Source of the DNA: a virus
Lineage: Duplodnaviria; Caudoviricetes
Virus record (IMG/VR): IMGVR_UViG_3300017565_000023
Coordinates: 1-54,055 of that record
Length of the DNA stretch: 54,055 nt
Reading direction: 5' to 3' (one strand)
Part shown: piece by piece, positions 29,396 through 38,111 of the stretch
Layout of the letters: each line of letters starts with the position of its first letter
Numbering within the stretch: the stretch's first letter is position 1
Made by a program: the position numbers and the translations under genes
The notes under the pieces: model-generated
Databases searched by the model: none
Seen by the model: only the letters and a program-made list of their open reading frames with translations
What the model was told of the DNA's origin: nothing

Positions 29396-29608
29396 TCACT
29401 GAATGAACCCGGGCGGGAAGTCATCCAGATCACCGCTAAACCATCCCACGCCATCAGAGCCCGCCACGAACGCGACGGCTTCATGGATGTCGTCGGTGTC
29501 CTCCCCGTCAACGTCGACCAGATTGGTGATCGGCACGATGGTGTTGTCGGAGAGGAGCGCTTCGCGAGTTGGCCGCTTTACTGCGACCACAAAAGGCTTG
29601 CCGGCCAT
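29396..29608 (-). CDS. Hypothetical acidic protein
   Basis: 70 aa, in the operon after the ligase. Confidence 0.65.
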   Translation of the reverse strand: MAGKPFVVAVKRPTREALLSDNTIVPITNLVDVDGEDTDDIHEAVAFVAGSDGVGWFSGDLDDFPPGFIQ

Positions 29609-29610
29609 TT

Positions 29611-30540
29611 TCAGTCCATACGAAAGCCTGTGAACACGGGGAACCGTGGCACACCATCAGGAGATAATTCCTGATAGCTGATGGTGATCGTTTTGCCAAA
29701 CAGCTGGTTGAGCGTCATCCAGTACTGGGCGCGTTGGGCCATGTCGAAGCCGGTGCCGACGCTGAACACTTTGTCCGTGCCCGGGATGGACACCACGAAG
29801 GCGCCCAGCAGCTCCTGTGCCACCAGCCCGGCCGCGTTGCTGGAGCGCTTGGTCAGCCCCCGCGCGTCCGTCTCCGCCGCATTGACGTTGCGCATCAGGG
29901 CGTCGCCGCCCCGGATCACCACCTCCATGTGGTGGAACCGCTTGTGCTTGACCAGCCACTGCTCGCGCCCGGTCGACCGCCCGAACTTGTACAGGCCATC
30001 CTTGGTCCGGGTCATGGCCCCTTCCCAGCCAGCGGAGATGAAGTGGTCCACCATCGTCGGCAGGTCGCGCTCCGACCGCAGGTCCATGGAATACACCTGC
30101 CGCAGATACTGGGCCGTCTCCGGGACCTTCTCGTGCATCATCCCGATCACGCGGCCCAGCGCCTCAAACCGGGCGCTGTATGGCTTGTCAGCGAGCTTGG
30201 GGCTGATGCAGTCGAATGCGATGAACTGGAACTCCGGCTGGCCGTCGGCGGACATGATGGCGCTCTGCGTCTCGTTGAAGCCGACAAAGCCGGTCCTGTC
30301 CGGGCGCAGCACCATCAGCTCGCCGTCCAACCCATAGGGCAGCGCGCTCAGGATGTCCTGCACATGCTGGTTTGGAATGGGCTTCAGCTTGCGGCTGTAG
30401 GCGCGCAGGCCCTCGATAAATGGCGCCGTCACGCAGCGGATGCCATCCATTTTTGGCTGGATGACACAGGGCTGCAGCTCGCCAGCATACTCCTTGGCGG
30501 CCTCCATGGGGCGGAAGCCGGGAACGAACTCTGCCATCAC
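29611..30540 (-). CDS. ATP-dependent DNA ligase
   Basis: Motif I KMDGIR, LDGEL, FIAFD, WEGAM, VGTGF, PRFPVF. Confidence 0.93.
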   Translation of the reverse strand: MMAEFVPGFRPMEAAKEYAGELQPCVIQPKMDGIRCVTAPFIEGLRAYSRKLKPIPNQHVQDILSALPYGLDGELMVLRPDRTGFVGFNETQSAIMSADGQPEFQFIAFDCISPKLADKPYSARFEALGRVIGMMHEKVPETAQYLRQVYSMDLRSERDLPTMVDHFISAGWEGAMTRTKDGLYKFGRSTGREQWLVKHKRFHHMEVVIRGGDALMRNVNAAETDARGLTKRSSNAAGLVAQELLGAFVVSIPGTDKVFSVGTGFDMAQRAQYWMTLNQLFGKTITISYQELSPDGVPRFPVFTGFRMD

Positions 30541-31124
30541 ACCACCCCCTGCTTGACGGCGCCGGCGACCATCGCGCCCATCTTGCCCGTATGCGCCATG
30601 CCCAGCTTGGAGAATGCCCGGACGACCACGGCGACCTGCGCCCGGCAGTCCTGAATGGCGTTGTGATGCTGGCCCTTGACGCGGTTTGGCCGCACGCCGG
30701 TCAGCTCGGTGACAGTGCGCACGTCCCGCACCTTCCAGTGGTCCTCGATACAGTCCGTGACCATGCCATGGCGGCGGGCGAGGCCGTTCATGATTGCCAT
30801 GTCAAAGTGCGGCCCCTGCGCCCAGATGCGGCTGCGGCGCTTGCAGAACATGTTGACGCTCGCCGCGGCGACGTCCGGGCTGGTGACATGGCCATCATGG
30901 GTCAGGTGCGGGAACACCGCGGCGGCCTCGGTTATCCACCACTGGATGGTGCCCATGGTGACGCTGGCGCCGGCAGAGAGCTGGCTGTCCACGTCCAGCA
31001 CCAGATACACCTCGGTCCCGGTCTCGCCGGTGCAGGCGTCGAACTCCACCATGCCGATGGACAGCACCGCGGCGTCGGATGCAGTGCCAAGGGTCTCAAT
31101 ATCAATCATGACGTCGGGCAGCAT
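30537..31124 (-). CDS. DEDDh 3'-5' exonuclease (Rv2179c/DUF5051-like)
   Basis: MIDIETLG...WAQGPHFD...RDVRT...HNAIQD. Confidence 0.88.
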   Translation of the reverse strand: MLPDVMIDIETLGTASDAAVLSIGMVEFDACTGETGTEVYLVLDVDSQLSAGASVTMGTIQWWITEAAAVFPHLTHDGHVTSPDVAAASVNMFCKRRSRIWAQGPHFDMAIMNGLARRHGMVTDCIEDHWKVRDVRTVTELTGVRPNRVKGQHHNAIQDCRAQVAVVVRAFSKLGMAHTGKMGAMVAGAVKQGVV

Positions 31125-31187
31125 ATCTCAGTCCTTAATTCTCAATGAACATATAATAGATGACGGCCCCAAGCAGAACCAGAGAGC

Positions 31188-31718
31188 CTATGGCGTCGAG
31201 TGCTCCAAGCATGGGTTCATCCTCTTGTGGTTTGCAGCCTTCAGGTTAACTTCATTCAGGCATTTCAGCCGGTAGTCGCCGTATAACTTTGCCAGCCCGG
31301 CGACGCCGTCGGCGCTGAAGTCGTCCTTTGGCTTTGGCGCGTCCCAGCCATTGTCGGCGATGTCGCGCGACATCCGGCGGGTGACCAGCGTCACGGTTGT
31401 TGGCGACCGGCCCATCACCTCGGCTATGTCAGTCATGCACATGAGGCGCACGCACAGCGCATGCCACATGAGCGACGCTGCGATGGACTGGAGGCGCACC
31501 GGGCCGCGAAGGCCGGTGATGCGGCCGCTGGTCAGAATGGCCGCCGGCGGGACGTGGGCGATCATGGAGACATCCAGCACCATGCCGCGCAGCCAGTCGA
31601 TGTCTTTCTTGCGCGCCAGATAGCGATGCCATGCAGGCCGGCAGCGGGCGGGGTATCGGGATGTATGGGCCTCGTATCCATGCATTGACCGGAACTGCTG
31701 GCCGCATTTGCACTTCAT
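31188..31718 (-). CDS. DnaA domain IV-like HTH protein with N-terminal Cys/His (zinc-finger-like) motif
   Basis: TDIAEVMGRSPTTV resembles the DnaA_C motif EIGxxFGGRDHTTV; N-terminal CKC...H...C. Confidence 0.6.
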   Translation of the reverse strand: MKCKCGQQFRSMHGYEAHTSRYPARCRPAWHRYLARKKDIDWLRGMVLDVSMIAHVPPAAILTSGRITGLRGPVRLQSIAASLMWHALCVRLMCMTDIAEVMGRSPTTVTLVTRRMSRDIADNGWDAPKPKDDFSADGVAGLAKLYGDYRLKCLNEVNLKAANHKRMNPCLEHSTP

Positions 31719-31719
31719 C

Positions 31720-32151
31720 TCAGAACTCCATGCCCTGCAGGAACAGCAACTCGCGGGTCAGCTCCTGCTTGCGCGTCTCGACCCATGTGCTGGCGTGGCC
31801 AACCGCCTCCTCGCGCCGGCTGAAGATATATGCCCCGAGGTGATGCAGCGGCTCCTTGGTGACCTCGCCGACGCCATGATCAATGCAGATCATGTATCCG
31901 GCCCAGTCAAAATCAACGACCTGCGCCTCTCTTATCCTGCCATACTTGGCAAGATCATAGATGGTGTACACCGTGGCGCCGACCCCGACGCCATGACGCT
32001 GCGCCGTGATTATTGCAGTCGGGCGGTGAAATGGCCTGCCGGCTGGGGTGTCGGCAGCTGCTGGCTGGGCCAGCGGGAGCGGCTTGTCCGCCTTACTGAA
32101 CAGCGAGAGCATCTCTGACATGCTTTGCACGATACGCTCAATGGAGGACAT
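31720..32151 (-). CDS. Hypothetical protein
   Basis: ORF in the leftward operon; start at 32151 inferred. Confidence 0.6.
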   Translation of the reverse strand: MSSIERIVQSMSEMLSLFSKADKPLPLAQPAAADTPAGRPFHRPTAIITAQRHGVGVGATVYTIYDLAKYGRIREAQVVDFDWAGYMICIDHGVGEVTKEPLHHLGAYIFSRREEAVGHASTWVETRKQELTRELLFLQGMEF

Positions 32152-32281
32152 GACTGACCAGCCTCGCGGCGACGTCGCCGGCAAGGGCGAACATCAGCGC
32201 CATCCCGACCAGCACGCCAACGCCGATGATCATGTGCATGGGCGAGGCAAGTTTGGTGTCGTCTTCATCGTCATCCCACAT
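32138..32281 (-). CDS. Small single-pass membrane protein (47 aa)
   Basis: My translation MWDDDEDDTKLASPMHMIIGVGVLVGMALMFALAGDVAARLVSHVLH*; GGAGG Shine-Dalgarno lies inside the palindromic site at 32285. Confidence 0.6.
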   Translation of the reverse strand: MWDDDEDDTKLASPMHMIIGVGVLVGMALMFALAGDVAARLVSHVLH

Positions 32282-32335
32282 GGTTACCTCCCGGGTAACC
32301 GACCCTCCTCACAAGTGAGGGCCGGCCGTCGCGTA

Positions 32336-32974
32336 TCAGATGCGCTGCAGGGTGATGATCCTCGTGTCGTTGTCCACGGCAAGAGGCGTGATGGCCACCA
32401 CTTCAAACTGCCGGTCATCCACCTCGCCCTGCTTTGGGTTGCAGTTGACCACCATCATGTCCCCAACAGCGATGTGGTTGGCAATGCCGGGCTTCAGGTG
32501 CGAGGCGAATATGGCAAACCTGCCGCCCGGTCCGGTCTCGGCTTTCCTGAAGAACTTGCCGTAGAGGCTCATGCCCGACAGGTTTGTTTCGCTGATGCGA
32601 TACAGGGTTGCCGGCGGGGTTGGAGCCGGCTCGGGGGGAGCGCACGGCTGATTGTTCTGCAGGGTGTTGGCCCTGTCGCGCCACCAGTTTGTGGTGTGTT
32701 TGTCGTCCAGCTCCGGCAGGGAGTTGGCGAGCACATGGATAAAATTGGTGGTGGTCATCAATGTGCCATGGGTCTCGATCCACGCCAGCTGCTCAACCGT
32801 CGGCGGCCCCATGCTTTCGCGTGAGAACAGCTTGGCGACATGGGCGGCAGCGTGTAACTCGCGGTGCAGCGCAGCAGTGAACTTTTCCAGCTCGGACCCT
32901 AGGGCCAGTTTGACCTTGCCATCCTTGGTGTCGCGGTGAATGTGCATTGGTTCTGGCGCTGTGTCAGTCGGCAT
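32336..32974 (-). CDS. Hypothetical protein, first gene behind the leftward promoter
   Basis: 212 aa, AAGGAG Shine-Dalgarno. Confidence 0.7.
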   Translation of the reverse strand: MPTDTAPEPMHIHRDTKDGKVKLALGSELEKFTAALHRELHAAAHVAKLFSRESMGPPTVEQLAWIETHGTLMTTTNFIHVLANSLPELDDKHTTNWWRDRANTLQNNQPCAPPEPAPTPPATLYRISETNLSGMSLYGKFFRKAETGPGGRFAIFASHLKPGIANHIAVGDMMVVNCNPKQGEVDDRQFEVVAITPLAVDNDTRIITLQRI

Positions 32975-33001
32975 GAGTTGCTCCTTGGTGTCATGTTGTA
33001 G

Positions 33002-33030
33002 AGATTAGGTGTGTTTATGGTGGGTGTCAA
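33002..33030 (-). promoter_or_regulatory. Sigma70-type promoter for the leftward operon
   Basis: TTGACA-N17-TAATCT on the minus strand, about 28 nt upstream of ATG 32974. Confidence 0.8.
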
Positions 33031-33070
33031 GTGGGTATTTGTTGGTTTGTGGTGTAATGGTGTGATGTTG

Positions 33071-33604
33071 TTATGATCCTATGAACCGCCTTCTTACCTC
33101 CGCCATGGTGAAATCCATGGTCCCAGCGCCGGCGCGCCGGCGTATAAAACCCAATCTCCTTGCCAAATATTTTCTATCCATACCCAGTTCCTCGGCTGCA
33201 ACCCGGATGGGTATTTGCTCGCCAGCGTCGTTGAACACGCGCACCAAACTATTACGCCCGGCCTTTTTATTTACTGACCCAGCAGCCTTGCCAGCCCTAC
33301 GCCTGTTAGCGAACTGCTCTGCGCGTGTTGCCCACCTAACATTGCCGGGCTCATACCCGCGCTCATTATCAATACGATCTATCTGAAGGTCTGGGTGTGG
33401 TGGAACACCTATATCGGCAAACCAGTTGTCGAATTTATGCCAGCGCTCACATACGGTAATACCTCTACCGCCATATACGGCGTACTTCTTATTTTTTGGG
33501 TTATGGCATCTTTGCATGGCGCCATACCACCTGCGGTATTCCCGTGCCCGTTCAGCTGCTTTCCTGCGGTGCTCCAGAAGTTCTGAGGTGATGAATTTTG
33601 TCAT
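33071..33604 (-). CDS. HNH-type homing endonuclease-like protein
   Basis: MQRC...YGGRGITVCERW...IDRIDNERGYEPGNVRWAT..EQ..NRR; lower GC than the flanks; start at 33604 inferred. Confidence 0.85.
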   Translation of the reverse strand: MTKFITSELLEHRRKAAERAREYRRWYGAMQRCHNPKNKKYAVYGGRGITVCERWHKFDNWFADIGVPPHPDLQIDRIDNERGYEPGNVRWATRAEQFANRRRAGKAAGSVNKKAGRNSLVRVFNDAGEQIPIRVAAEELGMDRKYLARRLGFIRRRAGAGTMDFTMAEVRRRFIGS

Positions 33605-33759
33605 GGGGTTATTTATCCGTGTTATGGTTTTATGATGCATTCTTGTAAGGGGTACAATTTGAAAATGCAACCCGCGTATTTTTGCGGTGCCCAAAAGGGG
33701 GTCCTCCCCCGCCCTCCGCGGCCCTACCCCCGGGGTAGCCCACCATCGCACCATCACAC

Positions 33760-34850
33760 TGGCCGGCCACCGGAGATGGGAGAGGAAAGCAACAACGCTC
33801 TCCCAATATCACGGTAGCAGACCTCGACAGTCTGTGAGTGGCGCGGTCCCTGCGCTGCTGGCTCTTTATCAGGTGACGATGTCCACATGCTGGACCAGCA
33901 CGTCACATCATAACAGCTGCTGTAGGGTAGCGGGGCCGCCATGGGCCTGACTTAAAACGGACATGGCAAGGATGCGGGTTAACCGCACGGCGGGCAGCAT
34001 ACCGACAACATGCTACTGGTCGACCACTCAGGCATGGTCCCTTCCGACTGGTCGACAAGTGGCTTGTAGCGGCGTCACTGTTAAATGAATTAAAATCTCA
34101 CCATTCATATGAATGGCCCGAAAATTTGAGTGCGCGATGCTGTTATACGGCACCGCGCAACTCGCCTATTTAGCCCTAAAATACTGGTCAGTATTTTTGT
34201 GTCGTGCTGGCGTGCCAGCACGTTGGTTAAATTTAGCTAAAATAAGCCACTCAGAATATTACGGCAGTGAGATGGGTTAAATATCACGCTTAATTGCGCC
34301 TTAAGGCGACATACTCAAAATGCTGTTACGGCAGCAGAGGAGAGAAATTTAAGCCTAACCCATTGTTTCTATTATTATTATTATTATTATTAATTAATTA
34401 ATATCATTAATATCACTAATAACAGGGGTTTCCAAAGATAGGCCTCATGTGAGGCTGATTTAAAATGCTGGTCATGTTTTTATTCATCACATCATAAAAG
34501 GGTGACGGTACCCTAAAAATGGCGTGATATTAGTGATATTTAGACTGATTGATCTAAATTCCCCAACAACATCAACAACTTGCTAAACATCACACTTCTG
34601 CCGAGCCTCCCTGATATTTAGGATGTTACGACTGATTGCCCAAAACCCCACATCCAAGCCCTTAAACCGCTAAATTTAACCAACCTACTTGCCGACAACC
34701 AGAGCACTTAAACCGCTCACAATATCGCAACAGCACGTTGGTTAAATTTAACGCCATACCACTCACAATACCACGGCACCAGAGCAGCTAACCTGCCGCC
34801 TAAACCACTCACAATACCACGCCACCAAAACACCTACCCTGCGAGGTAAC
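33760..34850. other. AT-rich non-coding control region (candidate origin or genome-terminus region)
   Basis: No convincing ORF; (ATT)n tract at 34370-34404; several direct and inverted repeats; divergence point of the two early operons. Confidence 0.65.
34290..34304. promoter_or_regulatory. CtrA-type box
   Basis: TTAA-TTGCGCC-TTAA, an exact TTAA-N7-TTAA; single copy in an AT-rich context. Confidence 0.35.
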
Positions 34851-34853
34851 ACC

Positions 34854-35144
34854 ATGGCAACATCAAAGCGCGCCATCTTCGATGCACACGAAGTCGAGCT
34901 GGTCCACAACGTGCTGGCCCAGATCAATCCGTATTATCACACTAACGGACCAGTGGAGCTGATGAGTAGGGTCGAGCACAGGGTGCGCGCCTCCACCACT
35001 ACCGACAAGGATCGCTACACCTATCTGGAGACGAACGGCTGGTGCGCGACGCCATGGTTCGATGAAGCAGGCGACATGCACATCAAGCTCACCCTGTCCG
35101 CCTATGGCGTCCACAAGCACCTGTTCTCCTCCGCCCACAAGTGA
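34854..35144 (+). CDS. Early hypothetical protein
   Basis: GAGGT Shine-Dalgarno inside the palindromic site at 34835. Confidence 0.7.
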   Translation: MATSKRAIFDAHEVELVHNVLAQINPYYHTNGPVELMSRVEHRVRASTTTDKDRYTYLETNGWCATPWFDEAGDMHIKLTLSAYGVHKHLFSSAHK

Positions 35145-35221
35145 CGTTGTCAGGCTGGCGCTCACCACGCCTGCCGCACAACTTCACCCACCTGCCGCCG
35201 GCAGGCAATCAGGAGGCCACC

Positions 35222-36118
35222 ATGGCCACGAACAACGCTGCTGTCGCCAATCTCGCCGCCGCCCTGAAGGCTCCGGCTCCCGCCACCAGGGCGCCCACCA
35301 TCCACAAGCCTGCCGGCCAGCGCCCCGCCGCTCCGGTCACGCCGATCAAGCCCGCTCCCGCTGCATCCACCCAGCCGGCCCCATCCACCCAACCCATGGC
35401 CGCCGCGGCTGCGTCGCAACCATCACAAAGCGCCAGTCTGCCAAACGCCATCACCCGCGAGACTGTCATCGCCGACGCGCGGCGGCTGGGCAACGCCGAG
35501 GGCGCGGGCATGAACTCCCGGCACGAGCTGGCCATGATCGTCGCCGAGGCGTGCTCCGCCGGCGTCGACGCCATGAAACCGGGCGATGACATCAAGGCAA
35601 CATGGGCCGCGTTCCAGCAGGCCCAGCGCGGCGTCGCCCTGTCGCCCGGCTACGAGAAAGAAAAATCATTTCAGGTGCAGGTGTCCAAGCTCAACGCGGT
35701 CGCAAAGTTTGGCGCTCACCCGAAAGTCGACGCCGTCGCCGTCCTCGACAATGTCAAACACATCTGCGTCGACATGCGCGCCAAGGATGAAACCAAGGTG
35801 TCCATCTTTGACGCCATGGTGAAAGTGTCGCGCCGTCACGCCGACCGCGCCGACGCCATGACGTCCGATGAAATCCGGGCGGAGCTGCTGCCGACGGAAG
35901 CGGGCGACGCGGAGGCAACCGAGGTGAAGGCGCTTGAGCGCACCATCGCCGGCATGCGCAAGATGGAAAAACAGTTTCCGTCCGACCCGCTGACCGCCGC
36001 CATCGAGAAGCTTGAGAAGCGCCTCGCCGCCCTCGTGCCCAACAAGGAAGCCACCATCATGACGCTGGTGGGCATGGGCTACACCCGCAAGCAGGCCGAG
36101 GCGATGGCCGCAAAATGA
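35222..36118 (+). CDS. Early hypothetical protein (Pro/Ala-rich N-terminus, helical C-terminus)
   Basis: AGGAGG Shine-Dalgarno before ATG 35222. Confidence 0.8.
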   Translation: MATNNAAVANLAAALKAPAPATRAPTIHKPAGQRPAAPVTPIKPAPAASTQPAPSTQPMAAAAASQPSQSASLPNAITRETVIADARRLGNAEGAGMNSRHELAMIVAEACSAGVDAMKPGDDIKATWAAFQQAQRGVALSPGYEKEKSFQVQVSKLNAVAKFGAHPKVDAVAVLDNVKHICVDMRAKDETKVSIFDAMVKVSRRHADRADAMTSDEIRAELLPTEAGDAEATEVKALERTIAGMRKMEKQFPSDPLTAAIEKLEKRLAALVPNKEATIMTLVGMGYTRKQAEAMAAK

Positions 36119-36318
36119 AACATGCATACGTCACTGGCACGGGCGGAGCATACCGCCTGCGCCTGAGTGAGGACGCCCACCGGCTGGGCTATGGCCCTGT
36201 CTGCACGCTGGTCTTTGAGCGCTACCGCGCCGCGCAGGACATCGCCAACACCATCCACCGCGCAACCTGCAAGGCTACCCAGCAGGGTAACCCGACGGTG
36301 CTCAACAGGCGGAGATGA
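36115..36318 (+). CDS. Hypothetical protein
   Basis: ATGA coupling to the upstream gene. Confidence 0.5.
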   Translation: MKHAYVTGTGGAYRLRLSEDAHRLGYGPVCTLVFERYRAAQDIANTIHRATCKATQQGNPTVLNRRR

Positions 36319-36448
36319 TCACACAACCATGGCAACAACGGAAAGGGCGGGAACCCGTGAAGGAACCCGCCCGGCCGCTCATGCGGTTCGCCAATGGCGC
36401 GCGCCTTTCACGCCATTCGCTGACTGCATCTTACCCAAGGGATAACCC

Positions 36449-36652
36449 ATGTCCACTGCAACCTTCCTCGCTGGCGTCACCGCCGGCTTTGGCGTGTCCG
36501 TCACGTTCCTGCTGTTCCTTGTCATGCTCAACCTGCGCGCCCGGCGGCGCAAGCACGCCGCCTATGTCCGCATGTTCGAGGACGTAGAGAAGGAGCTGCG
36601 CAGGTATCCGCCCGTGCCGATGGCTGACGAGCGCCAGCACATCTGGCACTGA
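36449..36652 (+). CDS. Small membrane protein
   Basis: N-terminal TM helix followed by RARRRK; degenerate palindromic site upstream. Confidence 0.65.
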   Translation: MSTATFLAGVTAGFGVSVTFLLFLVMLNLRARRRKHAAYVRMFEDVEKELRRYPPVPMADERQHIWH

Positions 36653-36786
36653 GGTGCTATCACGCGCCGGGTTGCGCGCCCCGCTGACAGCCTTCACGCC
36701 TCGCCGGGCATCCCTACACCCATGACATCATGATGCCCGCCCAGCGCCCGCCGCTGGCCACTACAGCTACCCCGGAGGGTAACGCC

Positions 36787-36978
36787 ATGCGCTATCTCGC
36801 CCGCATATGTCAGACGCTGACAACCAAACGCTATATCGACGTGCCAGTGGAAGCTTCATCCATGGATGAAGCGCGGGACATCGCCGAAGCCGCCGACGCG
36901 CCGCCAGACAACGCTGGCTGGGTCACAACCACGAAACTGGACAGCGATGAGGTTGTGTTCGTCGCGGAGGACGAATGA
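36787..36978 (+). CDS. Small hypothetical protein
   Basis: GGAGG Shine-Dalgarno inside site 36768; VEASSMDEARDIA motif. Confidence 0.7.
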   Translation: MRYLARICQTLTTKRYIDVPVEASSMDEARDIAEAADAPPDNAGWVTTTKLDSDEVVFVAEDE

Positions 36979-37040
36979 TGTTGTCAGGCCGGCGCTCACC
37001 ACGCCTGCCGCACAACTTCATTACCCCGGAGGGTAACGCC

Positions 37041-37502
37041 ATGAGCACCGACACGCCATTCATGCGCGGCTTTCTGGGCGCGCTGATCTTCACCGAGCGG
37101 TGCAGCTCGGTAACCATGTCAGAATGGCACGACAGCCTGGTGATAGGGGCGGGGCTGTCTGACGGCGCAATACCGTCCGACGCCTGCACTGAGCATCTGG
37201 ACCCGGGCGACGTCGCCCGCATCGCTGAAGCCGTCGCCAAATGGCAGGCTGACAACGCCCTGTTGCTCGCCATCGCCTACCATCGCGGCTATACCGAGGA
37301 GCGGGCCGGCCATGACCTGTGGCTGACGGCGCATGGCCATGGCGCGGGCTTCTGGGACCGCGAGGAGCTGCGCGAGGATGCTCTGGGCGACGCCCTGACA
37401 ACCAAGGCGCATGACTTCCAGCAATGCGAAGTCTATGTCCGCCAGCATGATGCGGGCATTGAACAGCAGGAGCTGGTGATCGGGATAGACCAATGGATGT
37501 GA
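37041..37502 (+). CDS. Conserved phage early protein with GHDxWLTxxGHGAGFWDR motif, function unknown
   Basis: RAGHDLWLTAHGHGAGFWDR; GGAGG Shine-Dalgarno inside site 37022. Confidence 0.75.
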   Translation: MSTDTPFMRGFLGALIFTERCSSVTMSEWHDSLVIGAGLSDGAIPSDACTEHLDPGDVARIAEAVAKWQADNALLLAIAYHRGYTEERAGHDLWLTAHGHGAGFWDREELREDALGDALTTKAHDFQQCEVYVRQHDAGIEQQELVIGIDQWM

Positions 37503-37822
37503 ACATCATACGGGACCTGAGAGTGACCATGTGGGAAATGAGACCATTCGCCCAACAGGAGCTTCGCAAGGTCGTCGCCCAGCTGCCGGATACCGGCATG
37601 CGCGAGGTGTTCGACATCTATTGCCGCGCCAACAACCGCAGCATCGCGCACCAGCTGATGTATGACGCCGCAGTCAACCTGCACAACCCGGCGCTGGCCC
37701 CGCGCATCAGCATCATGCTGCCATTCTATAGCTGGATGCACTGGCATGAGAATGAAACCAATAACAGCCTGAGCGTGTACAAGTTTATAGCTTACCTCAA
37801 GGGTAAGTATCCCGGAGCATAG
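37493..37822 (+). CDS. YP-tail paralogue 1
   Basis: YCRANNRSIAHQLMYD...FYSW...FIAYLKGKYP. Confidence 0.75.
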   Translation: MDVNIIRDLRVTMWEMRPFAQQELRKVVAQLPDTGMREVFDIYCRANNRSIAHQLMYDAAVNLHNPALAPRISIMLPFYSWMHWHENETNNSLSVYKFIAYLKGKYPGA

Positions 37823-37824
37823 CC

Positions 37825-38106
37825 ATGTACTTCAGCAACAGAAAACCAGTTGACGCTGTGCTGTACAGCAACAACGGCACGATAGGGTACATGACACGGT
37901 ATGGTGCGTACGCATCATTCAATGGCCTGACGCTTGCGCGACAACTGTTGCTGGATGTGGCTGTCTATGGAAACCCACACTGGAACCAAGGGTTCCTGAA
38001 TTGGGCGGAGGCGCAGTTCGACGCCTACACTGATGAGCACCTTGGCATTGACCCACCGGCGGTCACGTTCCGCGAGTGGCTGAAGCAGCGCTATCCCGAG
38101 AGGTAA
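37825..38106 (+). CDS. YP-tail paralogue 2
   Basis: YASFNGLTLARQLLLD...FLNW...FREWLKQRYPER*. Confidence 0.75.
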   Translation: MYFSNRKPVDAVLYSNNGTIGYMTRYGAYASFNGLTLARQLLLDVAVYGNPHWNQGFLNWAEAQFDAYTDEHLGIDPPAVTFREWLKQRYPER

Positions 38107-38111
38107 CTGGC

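Larger units (their letters stand above)
35142..37020 (+). repeat. 45-bp intergenic hairpin element in two copies (35142-35186 and 36976-37020)
   Basis: TGAyGTTGTCAGGCyGGCGCTCACCACGCCTGCCGCACAACTTCA; two differences between copies; each begins at a stop codon. Confidence 0.9.

Noticed and set aside
31135-31212. 25-aa hydrophobic micro-ORF MLGALDAIGSLVLLGAVIYYMFIEN on the minus strand
   Set aside because: A plausible gap filler, but too short to support from sequence alone.
33760-34850. Protelomerase telRL site or tRNA/ncRNA gene
   Set aside because: The longest perfect palindrome I found is 16 bp, there is no protelomerase gene, and I could not build a cloverleaf or recognise an RNA family.
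35141-37040. Track starts at 35141 and 36975 giving two proteins with the same N-terminus (LSGxRSPRLPHNF)
   Set aside because: The shared peptide is a translation of the duplicated intergenic hairpin; strong Shine-Dalgarno sequences support starts at 35222 and 37041.
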